Under the pieces are notes generated by a model, which had not been told where the DNA came from, did no database searches, and saw nothing but the letters and a program-made list of their open reading frames with translations. Position numbers and translations under genes: made by a program. A stretch of 64,000 nucleotides of DNA. It comes from Auanema rhodensis. Lineage: Eukaryota; Animalia; Nematoda. This document shows, one piece after another, positions 11,468 to 25,911 of the stretch; position 1 is the stretch's first letter, and the number at the start of each line of letters is the position of its first letter. Location of the stretch: the NCBI GenBank assembly GCA_964057225.1, contig OZ059897.1, forward strand, positions 9,982,001 through 10,046,000, in the 5' to 3' direction.

Positions 11468-14400
11468 ATGACCGAAGAAGATGAAGAACCGCCAGCTGCA
11501 CCTTTGTCCAACGGCTTGGACTGGGAACGAATGTATAAGCTGATGGAAGATCCTGATATAGAAGATATCTTTCGAGAGCCTGTAGATGCTGCTCTAAAGA
11601 ATCTTACGTATGTTTTCAGATATTGTTTGAAAGAATTCTTCACATTCTCAAGAAACGTTTTTTCGACAAAAAGTTTTTAATACAATCTGAAACTTTATTG
11701 ATTAGACTTAGCGGTTCGTTACAGCAGACGTCGAGTATAATATAGTTACAAACATTTGATATATGATGAGCAATGATGAAAGAACATTCATTATTTTTAT
11801 AAATATGTTTTTTCTATTTTTAGAAGTGATAAAGGAAAAGATGTTCAAAAGATACAAGTTATACGTAGTTTGCCAAACTTACTTGAGTCTCATGCTGATG
11901 AAACAATTGAATCTCTATTACCTGCTATTCAAGTCAGTCAATCAAGTTCAACTATTTTTAAATTATTTTTAAATTAATTAAAGAAAGTTCTTCGAGAAGA
12001 GAAAGAAAATCTAGATATTCATTGTGAAGCTGCTGTTGTTTTCAAATCAATTCTTCAAAATGATAATTTGTGTAATACTATACCGTAAGGCGTTTTTTTT
12101 TTGAGAGAAAAAGGAAGAATTAATAAGCTTTCAGTGGATTATCTCATGTTCTTCTTAAGCACATTTTGGGAAATATCCCTCCACCAGTGGAAATAGGTAA
12201 ATATCCTTTCAATTCAATTGAATAATTGATAAATCATTGTTGTTATAGTGTCAGACAATCGTGTATTACTGCATATGGGACCGACACCTCAGATACACCA
12301 TTGTAAGATTTTGAAAAACTTTCAAAGCTCAAAGCACATCATCAACCTTTTCAGCTAGTACTGCAGCTTGGTTGGAAACATTAGTTGATATTGCAGATAG
12401 AGTATCATTAGATGCTCAAAAACAATATGTATAAGAAATAATATTATATATAATCATATTAAATTTCTTTATTTAAGATAATTCCTATAGTTAAGCAGCA
12501 GGCTGAGCCAACACAACGAGTTCAACGAAGAATTATAGCAACAAAGTTACTTCATAAACTTGCTGATATCTTTTCTCCATCTGAGTATATTTGAAATATT
12601 TAAATTCTTTATATTATATTAATTTATATTATAGTATTCGTAAAGAGTTAGCATCAGTTGCTCAAGTCCTGAGTCAAGATCCAAATGGCAATGTTCGATC
12701 AGCTATGGCTGAACGATTACCAGTCATAGCTAGAGCTTTAAAGTAAAACTTTTTTATTCACAAAAAGAAGAAAATTTTATTTTTTATTTCTAAATTTAGA
12801 AATCCATCAGATACGGTTACATTACTTGTACCATCTTTGGTTCATTTATGTAATGATGATGAAGGAACAGTGAAAGAAGCATGTTTCCACAACCTAGCAT
12901 CTTGGTTTCCACATCTAACTAAAGGTTTTCTTTTTCTTTTTTTATAAAAAAAACAAAAATAAATAAAATAGAATCAAAGAAGACTACTATCTTTCCTTTA
13001 ATAAAGAAAACAATTGAGCAATGTATAGATAAAATGGATGATCTTTTAATGACTTTAACTGAAAATATTGGAGAATGGTTGGTTATTTCATCAAATTTTC
13101 AAAAATAAAAAAATCTATTTTTAGGGTTTTCCTGTTAATGGATATTTTAGATCAATTAGATTTAAGTTGGGTATTAAATACATATCTTAAAATATGTAAA
13201 TTATTCACAAAATCAAAAGAAGAAAAAACGTCAGCATTCACATTAATGTGCCGAAGAATGTGTGCTTATAACATTCCTGTAACTATTTATATATTTACTT
13301 TTATTTGAAAATAATGATGTTTTCAGTGTTTTGTGGAACTGTTTCCTAAAGCGTTCGATAAGATATTACCTATGTTTGAAAAATTTTGTCATGATTCAGG
13401 TATGTGATCAGACTTCTCTCTTCTCATGAAGCTTTCTCTTTCGTAAAACTTTCTAACATGTTGACCTGCAGATGTGGATGTGCGTATGTCTATAGCTGCA
13501 TCATATCATGAAATCATTGAACGAAAACCCGATCGTAAAGAACTTCTGGAGCCATTTATTGAGCTCATCAGAGGCGGAGCTATAGAGGTTGTAGCGAAAA
13601 TAACATTTCATCTGGATAAAATGTTGCCACACCTCTATCGTTTAGCTCAGCAACCACATTCTGTATGTTTCAGCTAAATTCATCTCGTTTTATAATTATT
13701 TTAGAAAATCACACATGTTCAATTGGATAGAATATTGGTTGGTTGTAATCAATTACTGAGAGGCACAGGCTCATGGAGATCTCATGAAGCTTTATTGAAC
13801 CATATTTCTGTGTTGCGTGAAGTATTACAACCTGATCAATTATATGAAACATTTATTCCCTTTCTCCAAAAAGAAGTTCTAACAGTGGTTAGTAAAATTT
13901 ATTTTTAAAATTTTTCTAAAAACGAATTAACATGTTTAGAGAGCTATTCCATGTAGAAGAGCAGCAGTTAAGACATTACTTCTATTTATGAGACAAAATC
14001 CTGATAAAGAAAAAAGAGAAAAAGTTATAAATTTCTTAAAAAAAGGTTTAAAATCTTGAAATATCATTCATTTGACTTTTTTAATTTAATTCAGAAATTG
14101 CTGAACATTCATGTTCATATCGAAGATCTTTGTTTGTTGATGTTCTTCAATCTGTTTTAGAAATTTTCAGTCGTCAATTTTTCTTTGAATATTTCCTTAT
14201 GGATTTATTGAATATGGCAAATGATTCTGATTCAAATATAAGGTTTTAAGATAATTTTGAAATCTTTTCTTAAACTTTTTTTTTGTTTTTAGATTGAGAA
14301 TTATGAAATTATTATCTGAAGTCAAAATAATTCTGTTATTACCTGATGATGATACTACCTTAGTTGATTTGGAAAAAGCTGTACGAACAACGCTAAGCAA

Positions 14401-15340
14401 TGAAAAGAAAGCTTATACAAGACAACTTATGCAAGCTGTAAGTTCTTTCTTTCAATTCCTACTTCACAAACGTGTTTATGCAACTTTAGGCTGCTTGTGA
14501 ATTATCACGCAAAGATTCTCTACTGAAAGAAGATTCAGCTAATGTGATAAAAGTTGAAAAAGAAACTGAATTATGGTCAACAGAAAAGCGAAAAGAGGAT
14601 AATGATACTGCTGTTGAATCAAGAAGACCTGAAAAGAAATTAATTGATAGTGATATTTCATCAAGATTAGGAGTATCAGAGCCTGCTAGATCAGTTTCTC
14701 CATGGAAACAAAAAAGACGAACAGTGGCCATTGTTCGACCCCAACCTGTTGTTGTGTTCAGGTTGAATTTGAGGTTTCTAGTTTAAATATCAAGTATTTT
14801 CTTCAGGTCTGCTAGTCCTGTTCCGAAAATAAGTGATGGTGGTAGGCCTAGTAGATTACCTCTCAGTACAGCTAACAGAGATAGAGATTACACAAGAAAA
14901 TGTAAGAAAATAATAATTGAAACAAAAAATCAAGTCATATTCAGCATCAATTGATTTAATTACAAGTCGATCATCACCTCGACCACCAATTTTGAGAAAT
15001 ACTATGTCATTGTCATCCGAAGGAACATCTGTAACTTGTGAGTAAAATTTAAATTACGGCTCATTTTTATAATTTTCAATCACTTTAGCCCCAACATCAT
15101 CTTTTGGCTTGAGGCGATCTGCTACAACCACATCAGCATTCAGCTCAAGTTCATCATCACAACAATCGTATCCATTATGCTCCTCTAGGTAAGCAATAAC
15201 ATATTTTCATTACATTCCATGATGTTTTAAGATCAAGTTCATGTTTACGTCGTCCAACGTTCGGTCTTTCTCGTGTCTCAAGTCATAGTACTTTTGAACG
15301 GAAACCTCCTCAATTATCACTTCGAGTGAAAGAATCATAA
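11468..15340 (+). CDS. PPP4R4: Protein phosphatase 4 regulatory subunit 4 (PPP4R4-like HEAT-repeat protein), about 20 exons
   Basis: Spliced product contains GKDVQKIQVIRSLPNLL, AAWLETLVDI, LSQDPNGNVRSAMAERL, LCNDDEGTVKEACF, CRRMCAYNIP and SWRSHEALL, collinear with vertebrate PPP4R4 as I recall it. Ser/Arg-rich tail; TAA at 15338-15340. Confidence 0.85.
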
Positions 15341-16016
15341 ATGTGATTATAATGATTCTATATGTGGGTATCTCAAATTTAAATTTCTTTTTTTTTATTT
15401 GAAAAAAGAAGAATAAATAATTTCAAAAGTCGCTTTTAATCAATATAAACATGTGTATGATGTATTGAAATTAGAATTTTAAGTTCACGCATACTCGTTC
15501 ACGTGTGTGCCATTGTTACAACGAAACACATTTGACGATCAAACCTCACACCCCATGGTTGCATTCGACTGTTCCAGCAAGAGTATTTGAGAAGAAAATA
15601 AAATGAATTTTGTTCATTTAGAAGAAGAAAAAACAATATAAATTTAAAATTATTTTATTATTTAATAAACATAATTATTTTGAAGTTGCAAAAAACATTT
15701 AGTTTAAATATAGTAAATTGATACTAAAAATTAAAAAAAAAAGTGTAAGTTAATATAAAATAATTTATAGTTACTATATGTATAACTTTAGGAAAATCTA
15801 AAATATACTGAATTGACTAGTAGCAAAAGAATTAAATAAAAGAAAATAATAATAATAATTACTGAGTATCAAGCATCTGTTGGTCCATTTATCATGACGT
15901 GTTTCTTAATAAATCTATTTTTGTAAATAAATTAACCAAAATGTTGTCAATTACGTATTGAGTTAGCCGTCTCAAATATGACATCACATGTATATTTTAT
16001 AATATAATTAAGAAAA

Positions 16017-18073
16017 TTATCGTATAGAGCAGCAGATTGTAATAGTTGGCTGAAATATATAAAATATATAATAAAGAATTGAGTGAAATGAAGATTACGC
16101 TGGTGGACTGTTCACAGGTATATCCTCTTGGACATTGGTTAGCTCTTGTTCTACTGCATAGTCTTGGCTGACCATTTAGAAGGAATGGATCTCCACGTGG
16201 ACAAACTATTGAAGCACCTAATCGACAGCATATGAATATTCCTTGAATAGATGATGGTGTACATGAATATCCAGTGGGACAACTGCAAGAAAAAAGCTCC
16301 ATGTGATATAGAATGAGATTAGAAAACCCAGTGTCAGTGGGTGAAGCACATGTACGTGGTTGAGCGTCAATTGCATTCCTATATGGATTCCATCCAGTCG
16401 GACATTGAAATGTATCTGTTGGATATGGTGGAGATATAGTAGTAGTGAATACTAGAAATATGATTTGATATATCATTATAAATAATATATGAAACATACC
16501 AGATTTTAAGCAACATACATTAACATTAGGAATTGTTGAAACTAAACAATCATATCCAACAGGACATCCAGTTGGAAATGACATTATATTACAAGTGTAC
16601 GTTTGACCTGAAAATTAAAGAAAAACAATTTTTTTGTTTTTGGAGCAAAAGATTTGTTAAACCTGCAGTTTGTACAAATGTTTCAAGTCCATTGGGACAA
16701 ATAGCATTTGATGGATCCATTCCGCAACAAATGTATTGAGCTAATATTGAAGAAAATTGACAACTATATCCTATCTTCAATATTTTGAAATTGAATATTT
16801 AAGGAATGTTCGAGACACAAGTTCTTACCCGGCTACATGGTGATCCCGGACCATTACAGGTCTCGACAGATGTTGAAGGTGTTAACAAAGCATTTTGATT
16901 GTTTGGGCAAACTCTGAAGAATTAGAGACTTAAAACAAATTTCTTATATTAAATACCTTGGAGAAGCTGCTGAACGACAACAGAGGAATAATGATTCACT
17001 GTTTGTTGATTTCAAGCAAACAGAACCAGATGGACATCCAGCAGGTTGCGAAGGAGAACAGAAAATCTGAAATTATCATCGGTGCTGACTCAAATAAACT
17101 GATTAATATACTGATTGTCCGCGATCATCCAAGCTTGCTGTGAATTGAGATGGACAGGTTGGTGCACTTGCTACAGTACAACAAACATAGGTTGTTGTAG
17201 TTCCGACTGATAATTGGCAGGCATATCCGGCAGGACAAGCTGTAGGTTGTGATGGTAAACAGAAGCGAGGACGCCCAGACTCCTGAAAAAAACGTTCGTT
17301 CCAACTTATTTCTTATAATTTACCGTAAATAAACGTTGTTGATCAGGACATGTCGGATCAGTACTGCTTTGTGAGGAGCAGCAGAGCATGATATTGAAAT
17401 CATTGACAGCTCTCACACATGTAAAGCTGAACAACTTTGAAACTATAACATTATAAAATGTTTAATCTTATTACCCAGTATCACATGATGGTGAAAAAAG
17501 TGAGCAGGGTACATAGTTGGAAGTTGATCGTTGTGGAACGCCGTTATTCGGACAAACAGGAGTCACTGTTGTCTGAGAGAAGCAACAGATGAACACATTA
17601 GCAACATTGCCTGATGCTAGACATAGTGAGCTGAAATTCCGTCAATGATCTTTGTCTGCTTAGGGTAAAAAATACTTTTGAGGACAATCTCCTCGTAGAC
17701 CAGGAGATGTACAGAACTGATTCGCTCCTCCAGATGTTACAACAGGTGATTGTCCAGCGAGTGGGCAACTGAATTGGGGTTGTTGAGCCTGAATAGACAA
17801 AAAAACGATGCGAAAGATTTTTTTGCATTTCGTTTAACCTGTGCAGACGGAAAAGTGAAGAAGAATTGTCCATCATGAATAAGAAACTGAGAAGAAAAGC
17901 TGAAAATATTCAGAAAATTATATTTGACAGTATAATAGAAAACGAAAATTACTCTTGTTGATCATTCTTTTTGCGATCATATTTATTCTTTCAACATTAA
18001 CTGATCAAATAAAAAAAAAAGAAAAAAGTGAATAGTCCAACCTCAATAACAAAGTAGCCAGAAATCGTATCAT
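16017..18073 (-). CDS. Secreted Cys-rich repeat protein (WR1/DC/Lustrin-cysteine repeats)
   Basis: MIRFLATLLLS signal peptide, then about 8 repeats of CP-x-C-x-CPxGYxC-x-CC (e.g. CPTGWNPY...RTCASPTDTGCPTGYSCTPSSIQGIFICC). Ends TICCSIR*. Confidence 0.85.
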
Positions 18074-18875
18074 ACTTCAGCTTCTTCATAACTTTCAATT
18101 TTTCAATGATTCATCTAATTATAAATATTATATAAAAGCTTTTAAGATTAAAAAACAAGAAAATAGGAATATTATTGTAAAATAAAAGTTAAATATGGTG
18201 TAGAATATAAGGTAATGTAGCAAATATCAAAGAAAAAACCAAAATGAGATGAGATGGACGTTAAACTTTTAGTCAAAATGCCTTGAATATGAGTCGTCGG
18301 CTACTCCTCCACGTCTCATCTCTTTTTCTCTCGGTTCCGTGTTTCCTTTATTTCATTCGCTCTCTCTTTCTCTTTAATTCTCTCATTTTCCTCTTATATT
18401 TGCTGATACTCTTTTTCTTTTGTCCAACTCAACAGTATGTTTCTCTATTTGCACAGCTATTGAGATGGCCAACCGGACATCACAATTAGCATTCAGAGAA
18501 ACTAGCAGTGCTCAAAATAAAGAATTCACCTTTTGTCTTTTCGATCAACTTTTAATTTTTTTTGGAAAGTTCATGAGAGCAAGAGATAGAGAGAAGAAGA
18601 GAGAAGCAGACGAGGAGAAAAGAAAGATAACGATAAAGAGAAAGAGAGAGGGAGAGAAAGAGAAAGAGAGAGAGAAGGGGGATTTGAAAAAATGTTGGAA
18701 ATCTTGCTATATACTATGTAATTTAAGTACATTCAAATGCTATAAATGTTTTGTTTTTATTAATTATTTAAAATTAAAACTAAAATTTATTATATTAAAT
18801 TATTATAATATAATATATTAAAAATATACCGCAATTTATAATACAAATAAAATTATTATAACAAATGAAAGAAAT

Positions 18876-21206
18876 TTAGTAATTAGGCAAGTGACGAATG
18901 TAAATTTGGGGGAAATTGGAATTAGTGTTGCTTCTTGAAGCTGGCACACAGCAGACAAACTGTTGTTGCACGAAGTTTGAACGAAGGCAAGACGAAAAGC
19001 CTGGACATGTTGATTCAAAGGTGTGAGGAGAACAGTACTGAAGTATCAATGATTTTAGTTTTCATATCATATGAAAGTAACTTACAATAGCCATATTATC
19101 TTGTAGAACCCATCCGTTTGGACAATGACTTGGTGGAACTGGCTTCTTATGGAAAGGAGATTTGCAGCATATTGGAGAGCCAGTAGTCAAACTAAAATTA
19201 AATTTCTTAGAAGGCTATCTAACATATTGAGTTTCATACCTTGTCATACATTGTCCTTCTTCGCAACCCCATGGATTTGATAATGAACAAACCTGAGGAT
19301 GTAAAGCATTTGGAAAGGGTGTAGCTGCCTCAGGGCACTTGTGTTCAATCTGCATTATAGAAATAGTGATTATTCGTTTCATTATAGAGATATTTACCTG
19401 AGCACAGCAAAGACTTTGAGATACAATCGAAGTTTTCAAACATGTTGATCCAACTGGGCATATATTACCATTTCTAGCAGAACATGCAGTATATCTCCCT
19501 ATAGAGAAAGAAATATTTGAAAGTGATATTCTATAAAGTAGAATCTTACCATAAGCATCTTTCATTGGACCATAAGTGTTAGGGCAAGTTCCAGGATGTC
19601 CACAGCATAAGTTGTTATCAGAGCAGAGATATCCAGCAGGACACTCATTGTCTTTCTTACAAGATTTTGGTGAAGAATCAGTTTCAGTTAAGAATGGAAC
19701 TTGACCAGATGGACATAAATCTAAACATGATAAGAGTTAAGAAACATCTTTGAAAGTTCAAAAGCTTTAGGTTTGTCTGTTTCATTCCCAGAAATACTCA
19801 CATTTGGAGGAAATATGATATGAAAATATTGTTGGAAGTAATAGAATTTGTAAGAAATAAATCATAAAAGTAAGATTCAGTATAGACCAAATGATTCGTT
19901 TAGTTTAAATTGAAAGAATTTTCTATGAATCGTGAAAATATAAAAGAAGGATCCGAGTCAAACAAACTGTATGGATGTATGAATACAAAAAAAAACGTAA
20001 ATACTATTAAGTTATTGACTTTGAACCTTCTGAGCTATATTCTCAATAACTTCTTAATTGAATTTCAAAGAGCAAAAAAAGGAATCAAAACATACCAGCT
20101 GTATCAGTACGACAACATTGATATTCAGAAGTCCAAAAATTGAATCTGCAACTAGCTCCACCGGGACATGGAGGACCGCCAACAGTACATGTGAGTGATT
20201 CGCCACGATTTGTTTTTAACGGTGATTGGTAACGGGGACATCCTACAATCAGATGAATAAGCGAAAGCATTTCAGATTAAGAATTACCGTTATCAGGTTC
20301 ACAACATTGATAACGATCAATTAAATGACTCCATTGACATAATCCAGATCGTGGACATGTTGTTCTACCAGGAGTACAAAGTAATGGAGTATCATTTACT
20401 GAATTTAATATAACTTTTGATCCAGATGGACATCCTTGTCCTAAAATTGAATTATATTTTCAAATAAAATCAATATCTTTTCATTTTAAGCGTCAACTGA
20501 TTATTTCTCTTCAAAAGCACGTTTTTTCAATAATTCGTTAACCAATTGTCGTCTGTATTTTGAGCAAAACCGGATACACACCTGGATCAGCGCCACAGCA
20601 GCGTCTTTGTTGAGTGAGAGAATCGGTGTAGCACATTGCTCCTCCTGGACAAGCATTTGGATCGGATGGATTGCACGAAAGTTCAGCTCCTGACGAGTTA
20701 CGAAGAGCACGAGTTCCTATAAACAATTAGCTTTTTATTTTATTTTCAAAGCTGAGCCTACCCATTGGACATCCAACTGGAGGTGGCTCTTGGTTTAAAG
20801 CCATCATACAACAATATCCAGTAGCCATGTTACATTGAGAAGGTGGTAGACATTCAGAATCAAGAGTGCATTGAACTAAATAATTTCCTCTTTCTAAAAT
20901 TAAATATTATTCTTTTTACTATTATTAATATTTGATTTACCTTTAAGAAGACGACCTTCTTTTCCACATAAACGTTCATGATCATCTTCCATTTCAAACT
21001 GTGTTTGATTATAAATTTCTCCTTCAGATATCATTGGTTTTGTAACTAAAATTTAATAATAAATAATGGAAAATATTAATTTATAGAAAAGAAAATTCAA
21101 AAAACACAAACTCACAGATCTCATATTCTTCTTCATCAGCTGAATTAACATAGTTAACTAATAATATTAATAGAATAGGGTATAAATACTTATTATACAA
21201 AATCAT
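18876..21206 (-). CDS. Second secreted Cys-rich repeat protein (WR1/DC/Lustrin-cysteine repeats)
   Basis: [22 protein letters not shown] signal peptide; repeats such as [44 protein letters not shown]. Canonical introns; ends IRHLPNY*. Confidence 0.85.
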
Positions 21207-21990
21207 TTTCAAGAAATTGTCGGTTAATGCTGTAGCTTTGATTTGACGTTGCCATTGTATATGCTTATATATACCTCACGGCACAAACCGGAAAACGGCA
21301 TGATTCATCAATTTTACCGGATTCTGTATTTAAGCATGATTCTAGAATCACACGTATCGACGTCACTTAGTCATCTTGAACACTTAACAAAGAATTTTAA
21401 ATAAATAAAAAAATTCCAACTGAGTAAATGTGATAATAAACGGTTACACGTAATCATGGACACGTAATCATGTTAGAAGAAGAACAAAGTAGTCATTTAC
21501 GAATAATTAGCATATGAATTAAGTGAAGATTATTCTAATATTTGACGTAAAAACAAATATTTTGACCTTTTAAGAGCATGATGAACGGTTGTATTCATTA
21601 TCCAATATTATAATTATTTTATCTTAGATGTATACATGTATATACAAAATAGTTTGTTTGTTGTTTATATTAATAGCTAATATAAATATATATATTTAAT
21701 ATATCAATATTACATATATATATATATATAGAATTGCATATTGTTCATTTATAGTGTCTCCTGCCACCCTCTTCTACTTCATCCCTATTGCTCATCTTAG
21801 ATTATGTTCACTTCCTTTCTATGCTTGAATCCTAGAGCTTGCCAGGGCGGGACTTGTGCACTTCTGTTTAAGTCGTGCGCATGTTTATCCTTCTTCTATT
21901 TTTTTTCTCTCCGAATGACATCTAATAACTATATATACTACTCTTTACCATTACTTCTTCTTATTTATACTTAAACTAATGTTTTTCAGT

Positions 21991-22549
21991 ATGTTCACAT
22001 GTTATGGATCCAAAATAACTTCAAATGGTTTTCTTATAATTACAATTTCATTTATTTCCTTTTCAACATATTGTAATGCTGATATATCAGTTAATCATTG
22101 TGTTCTTCGTTGTAAAGATAATCATATGAGAGAGGTTTTAGCTGTATTTCTTTTATTTTTTCATTCAAATATTTCTCTTATAGATGGATAATGAATGGTC
22201 AACTGATTTCACATTACCTCTTATTAGTCTTGTACAAAGGACAAATAATGAAACTGCTGCCTTACATCTATTCAAATCTATTTGCACGTAAGTTTGTATT
22301 TTTCATTTATACATTACAATATAAATTATTTTAATTCTCAGTTAAATATACAAATTTGAAGCTTAGAAAGAAATAATTACAAAAAACGTCTTCGCTTAGT
22401 GTTGTAACTACATATGCTTGACTATGGTTCCCTCTCATCATCTTATCCATCATCTTCTCAGATTACAACGAATTGCTTTAGAATAAGTAACCTATTAACT
22501 AAGAATCTGAAACTATAAGATTGTTGAAGAATGAGATAGATAGAGAGAG

Positions 22550-22611
<62 letters not shown>

Positions 22612-23955
22612 CGTGTTTAGTCGATTGTTGTGTCAAATTAAAAGGAAAACACTCTTCAAAATACATCGTTTAAGAAAGAATAATTGGGATCTTTAATTGG
22701 CTGAATTCAAAAAGAGCGTTTTGAATAAACAAATAACTTATTCATTTCTATTTAGATATTGTGTATTACGTTTTTTTCTTCTTTGATAATTATTTCTTAT
22801 GTCACTTAGTTGGTTATAACATCCATGATCCTAATAAGTTAGGACAGCATAAGATACAAAGCCATTTTCTTCTCAATATTAATTATTGTACATTAAGTAG
22901 AAATATGACTAATCTGCACGAATATGATGAGAGAGAGAGATAGAGAAAAGGATGAGTAGTCCTTAGATAAATGAAAAAGAGAAAGGCACAGAAAGATGAG
23001 ATACAGGGAAAAGGAGGGAGACAAGAGAGAAAGAGAGAGAAAGATATAGAGAGTAGCGAAAATCCGACATGAAAATGAGGATATGCGAAGAATAAATTTA
23101 ATTTTCCATATGAACCTCTCTAACTTTATGAAATAGAGAACGGAAGAATAAGTTTACTTTTATCTTGTACTCAAGCTCTCGAAACTCATCTCAATCATCG
23201 TACTGAATCCAATTTTATTCGTAAATTCTTGAAAATGTTATTATATTCAATATATTTCTGAATATAAACAAATTCAGGAGTAATCATTTATTGGAGAAAT
23301 GTTTGAGTAACTGTAATAAGTCACAAGAGACTGCTATTCTATTGGCCGGAAGTAAGTCCTGGGAATATTCATGTGGACATATCGATGGTACTTTCACAAC
23401 TTTTCTTCAAAAAAAATTTTTAACTGGAAATTTTAGAGATTAAATCGCAATTCACTTGTTGGCGAAATCATGCAGAAGCGATATCAATAGCATGTCGTGG
23501 TACTACTGTTCTACTCAGAAACTCAATGTTACAATTCACAAAAAATCAATCAGAAATCTTTATTGAGCACATTTGCAGGTGAGCCATAAGGATGAGATCT
23601 TGAAACTTAAACTTAAAAAATATATTTGAAGTGATTATGATAAATTCTCAACTTGTTATACTCAAGAACATGGACGACTATGTGGTCTAAGATCGGAAGT
23701 GGTAGGTGCTAGATGTTTGATTACATTTTTTCAATCTAAGTGCGTTTATAGATAACAGGACGAATGTTTCATGGTAATCGAGAAGCAATTTTCAATATGC
23801 TCAAGATGAAATGGTCAACATTGCCTACACAATGTGGATATTCGCAGTTACGAAGGGATATATATTACTATGAAAAGCATTCAAGATGGAACTCAAATCA
23901 TTATATAACACTTCCAATTACATTATTTGTGTATATATTAGTTGAGTTATTATAA
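21991..23955 (+). CDS. Cys-rich secreted or GPI-anchored protein, CPG4 (chondroitin proteoglycan 4)-like domain
   Basis: Six exons: signal-like N-terminus, HCVLRCKD, ICTSNHLLEKCLSNC, WEYSCGH, FTCWRNH...IAC, ICSDYDKFSTCY...LCG, LPTQCG, and a hydrophobic C-terminus. Family call rests on the cysteine pattern only. Confidence 0.65.
22541..22607. repeat. (GA)n microsatellite
   Basis: gagaga run in an intron of the CPG4-like gene. Confidence 0.95.
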
Positions 23956-24520
23956 AAAAATTAAATGGTCGTGATCTATGTATGTATGTTAGAATGTCCT
24001 GCGTCTCTAAAACCTTTATGCGATTGATAAGTTCAAACATTATTCTGGAACACATAAGGACTGTGAGAAGCTTAACTTTTCATGAGAACAAATAGTACTT
24101 GATAACAGTTTTATCTATATTAAATTCAATTAGAATGTCATTTAAAATCATATTTACAGATAAAGAATACACTATATTAGTGCATTTTTAAATAAATCAA
24201 ACTAAAAACTATTTTTCATATAATATTTTGCAAAGACAGTCGTTTCTCTGCAATATATAGGGATAGTAGAGTACAGTGAGTATATCGAAAATCTCCTAGA
24301 ATATGTTGTAACTTGTAACTAGTCTGCTTGAGAAAGACCTAGGTTTTCATTTAAATCACATGTATTGAATAGCAAATAAACCAACAAAAAAAACAATCAA
24401 GATCACAGAAATTCGGATCCGATCACTTTCAAAAAGTTATAAAACCGTCCACCTCGTATATCCTGGGTCCTGTGCGATAACTCTACTCGACTCATAAAGG
24501 CCCCTGTTAAAGGATTTCTA

Positions 24521-25911
24521 ATGATGTTGTCCGACGTTCATCGTATAGGACTGTATGTAAGTTTATAAAAAATAAACGTTTTAATCAAAAAAACTTATTC
24601 TCATATTTCAGAAATTTTCAGAATTGTTTTTGCTTTTTCAACATAACACTATTCCGTTTATTTCAATATTACGATCTAAGATACATATAATAAACTTTAA
24701 TATCTTCATATCATAAATAGATAAAGAATAACTTAATTAGAATCTAATTTTATATAGAAAAGTCTATTTTTATTATAATTTCTAAGAAGAACACAACTTA
24801 TTTTATGATTAAATCACTATCCAAATTAACATTTTTACCATTTTACCAATAAACTCACAAATTTTAAAATATTTAAAAGAATTTATATGTTCAGGTTCAT
24901 TATGTTTTGTTAAAATCAAAAATAGTTCGAGAACTGTGAAAGGAAGAAATTTTTGAAGGATTATCAGTAAATAAATGATATCATAAAGCGGCACTGGTAC
25001 GGTTTCACCTTCATAAAGCTAATAAAGTCGCCCCCCCTCCTCTTTATCTATAAAAAATGGTTATATTAACAACTTCCTGAATTGACTTTATAATTTCTCG
25101 ATTCTAAGAATTCTTATCAAAAAAAAAAGAATAGAACTATCGTCTTTTTAACTGTCCTTATATCATGGTACGTTTATTCAATTAAGGTTGTTCTTAAATT
25201 TCCGGAATATTTCTAATTACAGACTGCGCCACAATTAGAAAATCAAAAAAAAAATGTGAAAAGCTTTAAGTAATTATTTTTAAAAATATTCAAAATATTT
25301 TATTTTTATATTCAGAGTATTGAATATATCCTTATGTATTCTTCTTGTTTCATTTCTTGGTCATGCTCTGGTTGGTATAGCACTATATTATTTTTGGGGA
25401 AGATCGACAAGCTGCAGTGGATATACATCAATTCTTTCAAACATGCATAGTAATTAAATTTCAAAAAATCAGGAAAACTGATACATTTGATTTCAGTTGT
25501 ATTGTCCGCAATTTACTCTATATTTGCTTTGATCAAAAGTATCATAATGATAAAGCACAAGCGTAACGCTTTCACTATTCTCAGAATGAGTCGACAAATT
25601 AGCCAGTAATTCAAGTTTCAATACTCTTTTTTTAAATTTTTTATAAATTACAGGATGACACTCAGTAAAATAATAATGGCTTTGCTTACAGTTGTGTTAG
25701 TTGAACTGATACAACATCAAAACATAATAATTTGTACTCAGGGATTAAATCATGTACGTTTCCGAAGTAGGTAAAGTGAGCAACCCATCTTCTTTATTTT
25801 CAGAACACACTGTGGTTTACACGTATATTCTATGGTTTTTCTTTGGCTTTGAATACAATTGCATTCTTCGCATCAACGATTCATCGAGCTAACGCATATC
25901 ATAAAGAATAA
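24521..25911 (+). CDS. Small four-transmembrane protein of unknown function; first exon uncertain
   Basis: Exons from 25223, 25316, about 25497, about 25654 and 25804 splice in frame, giving four hydrophobic segments (VLNISLCILLVSFLGHALVGIALYYFW; IVLSAIYSIFALIKSIIMI; IIMALLTVVLVELI; IFYGFSLALNTIAFFA). TAA at 25909-25911. Confidence 0.6.

Noticed and set aside
15485-15590. GC-richer patch with short stems between convergent genes
   Set aside because: No snoRNA, tRNA or miRNA hallmarks that I could verify.
17952-18000. Extra exon-like segment in the first Cys-repeat gene
   Set aside because: Inclusion introduces an immediate stop; the flanking exons join in frame without it.
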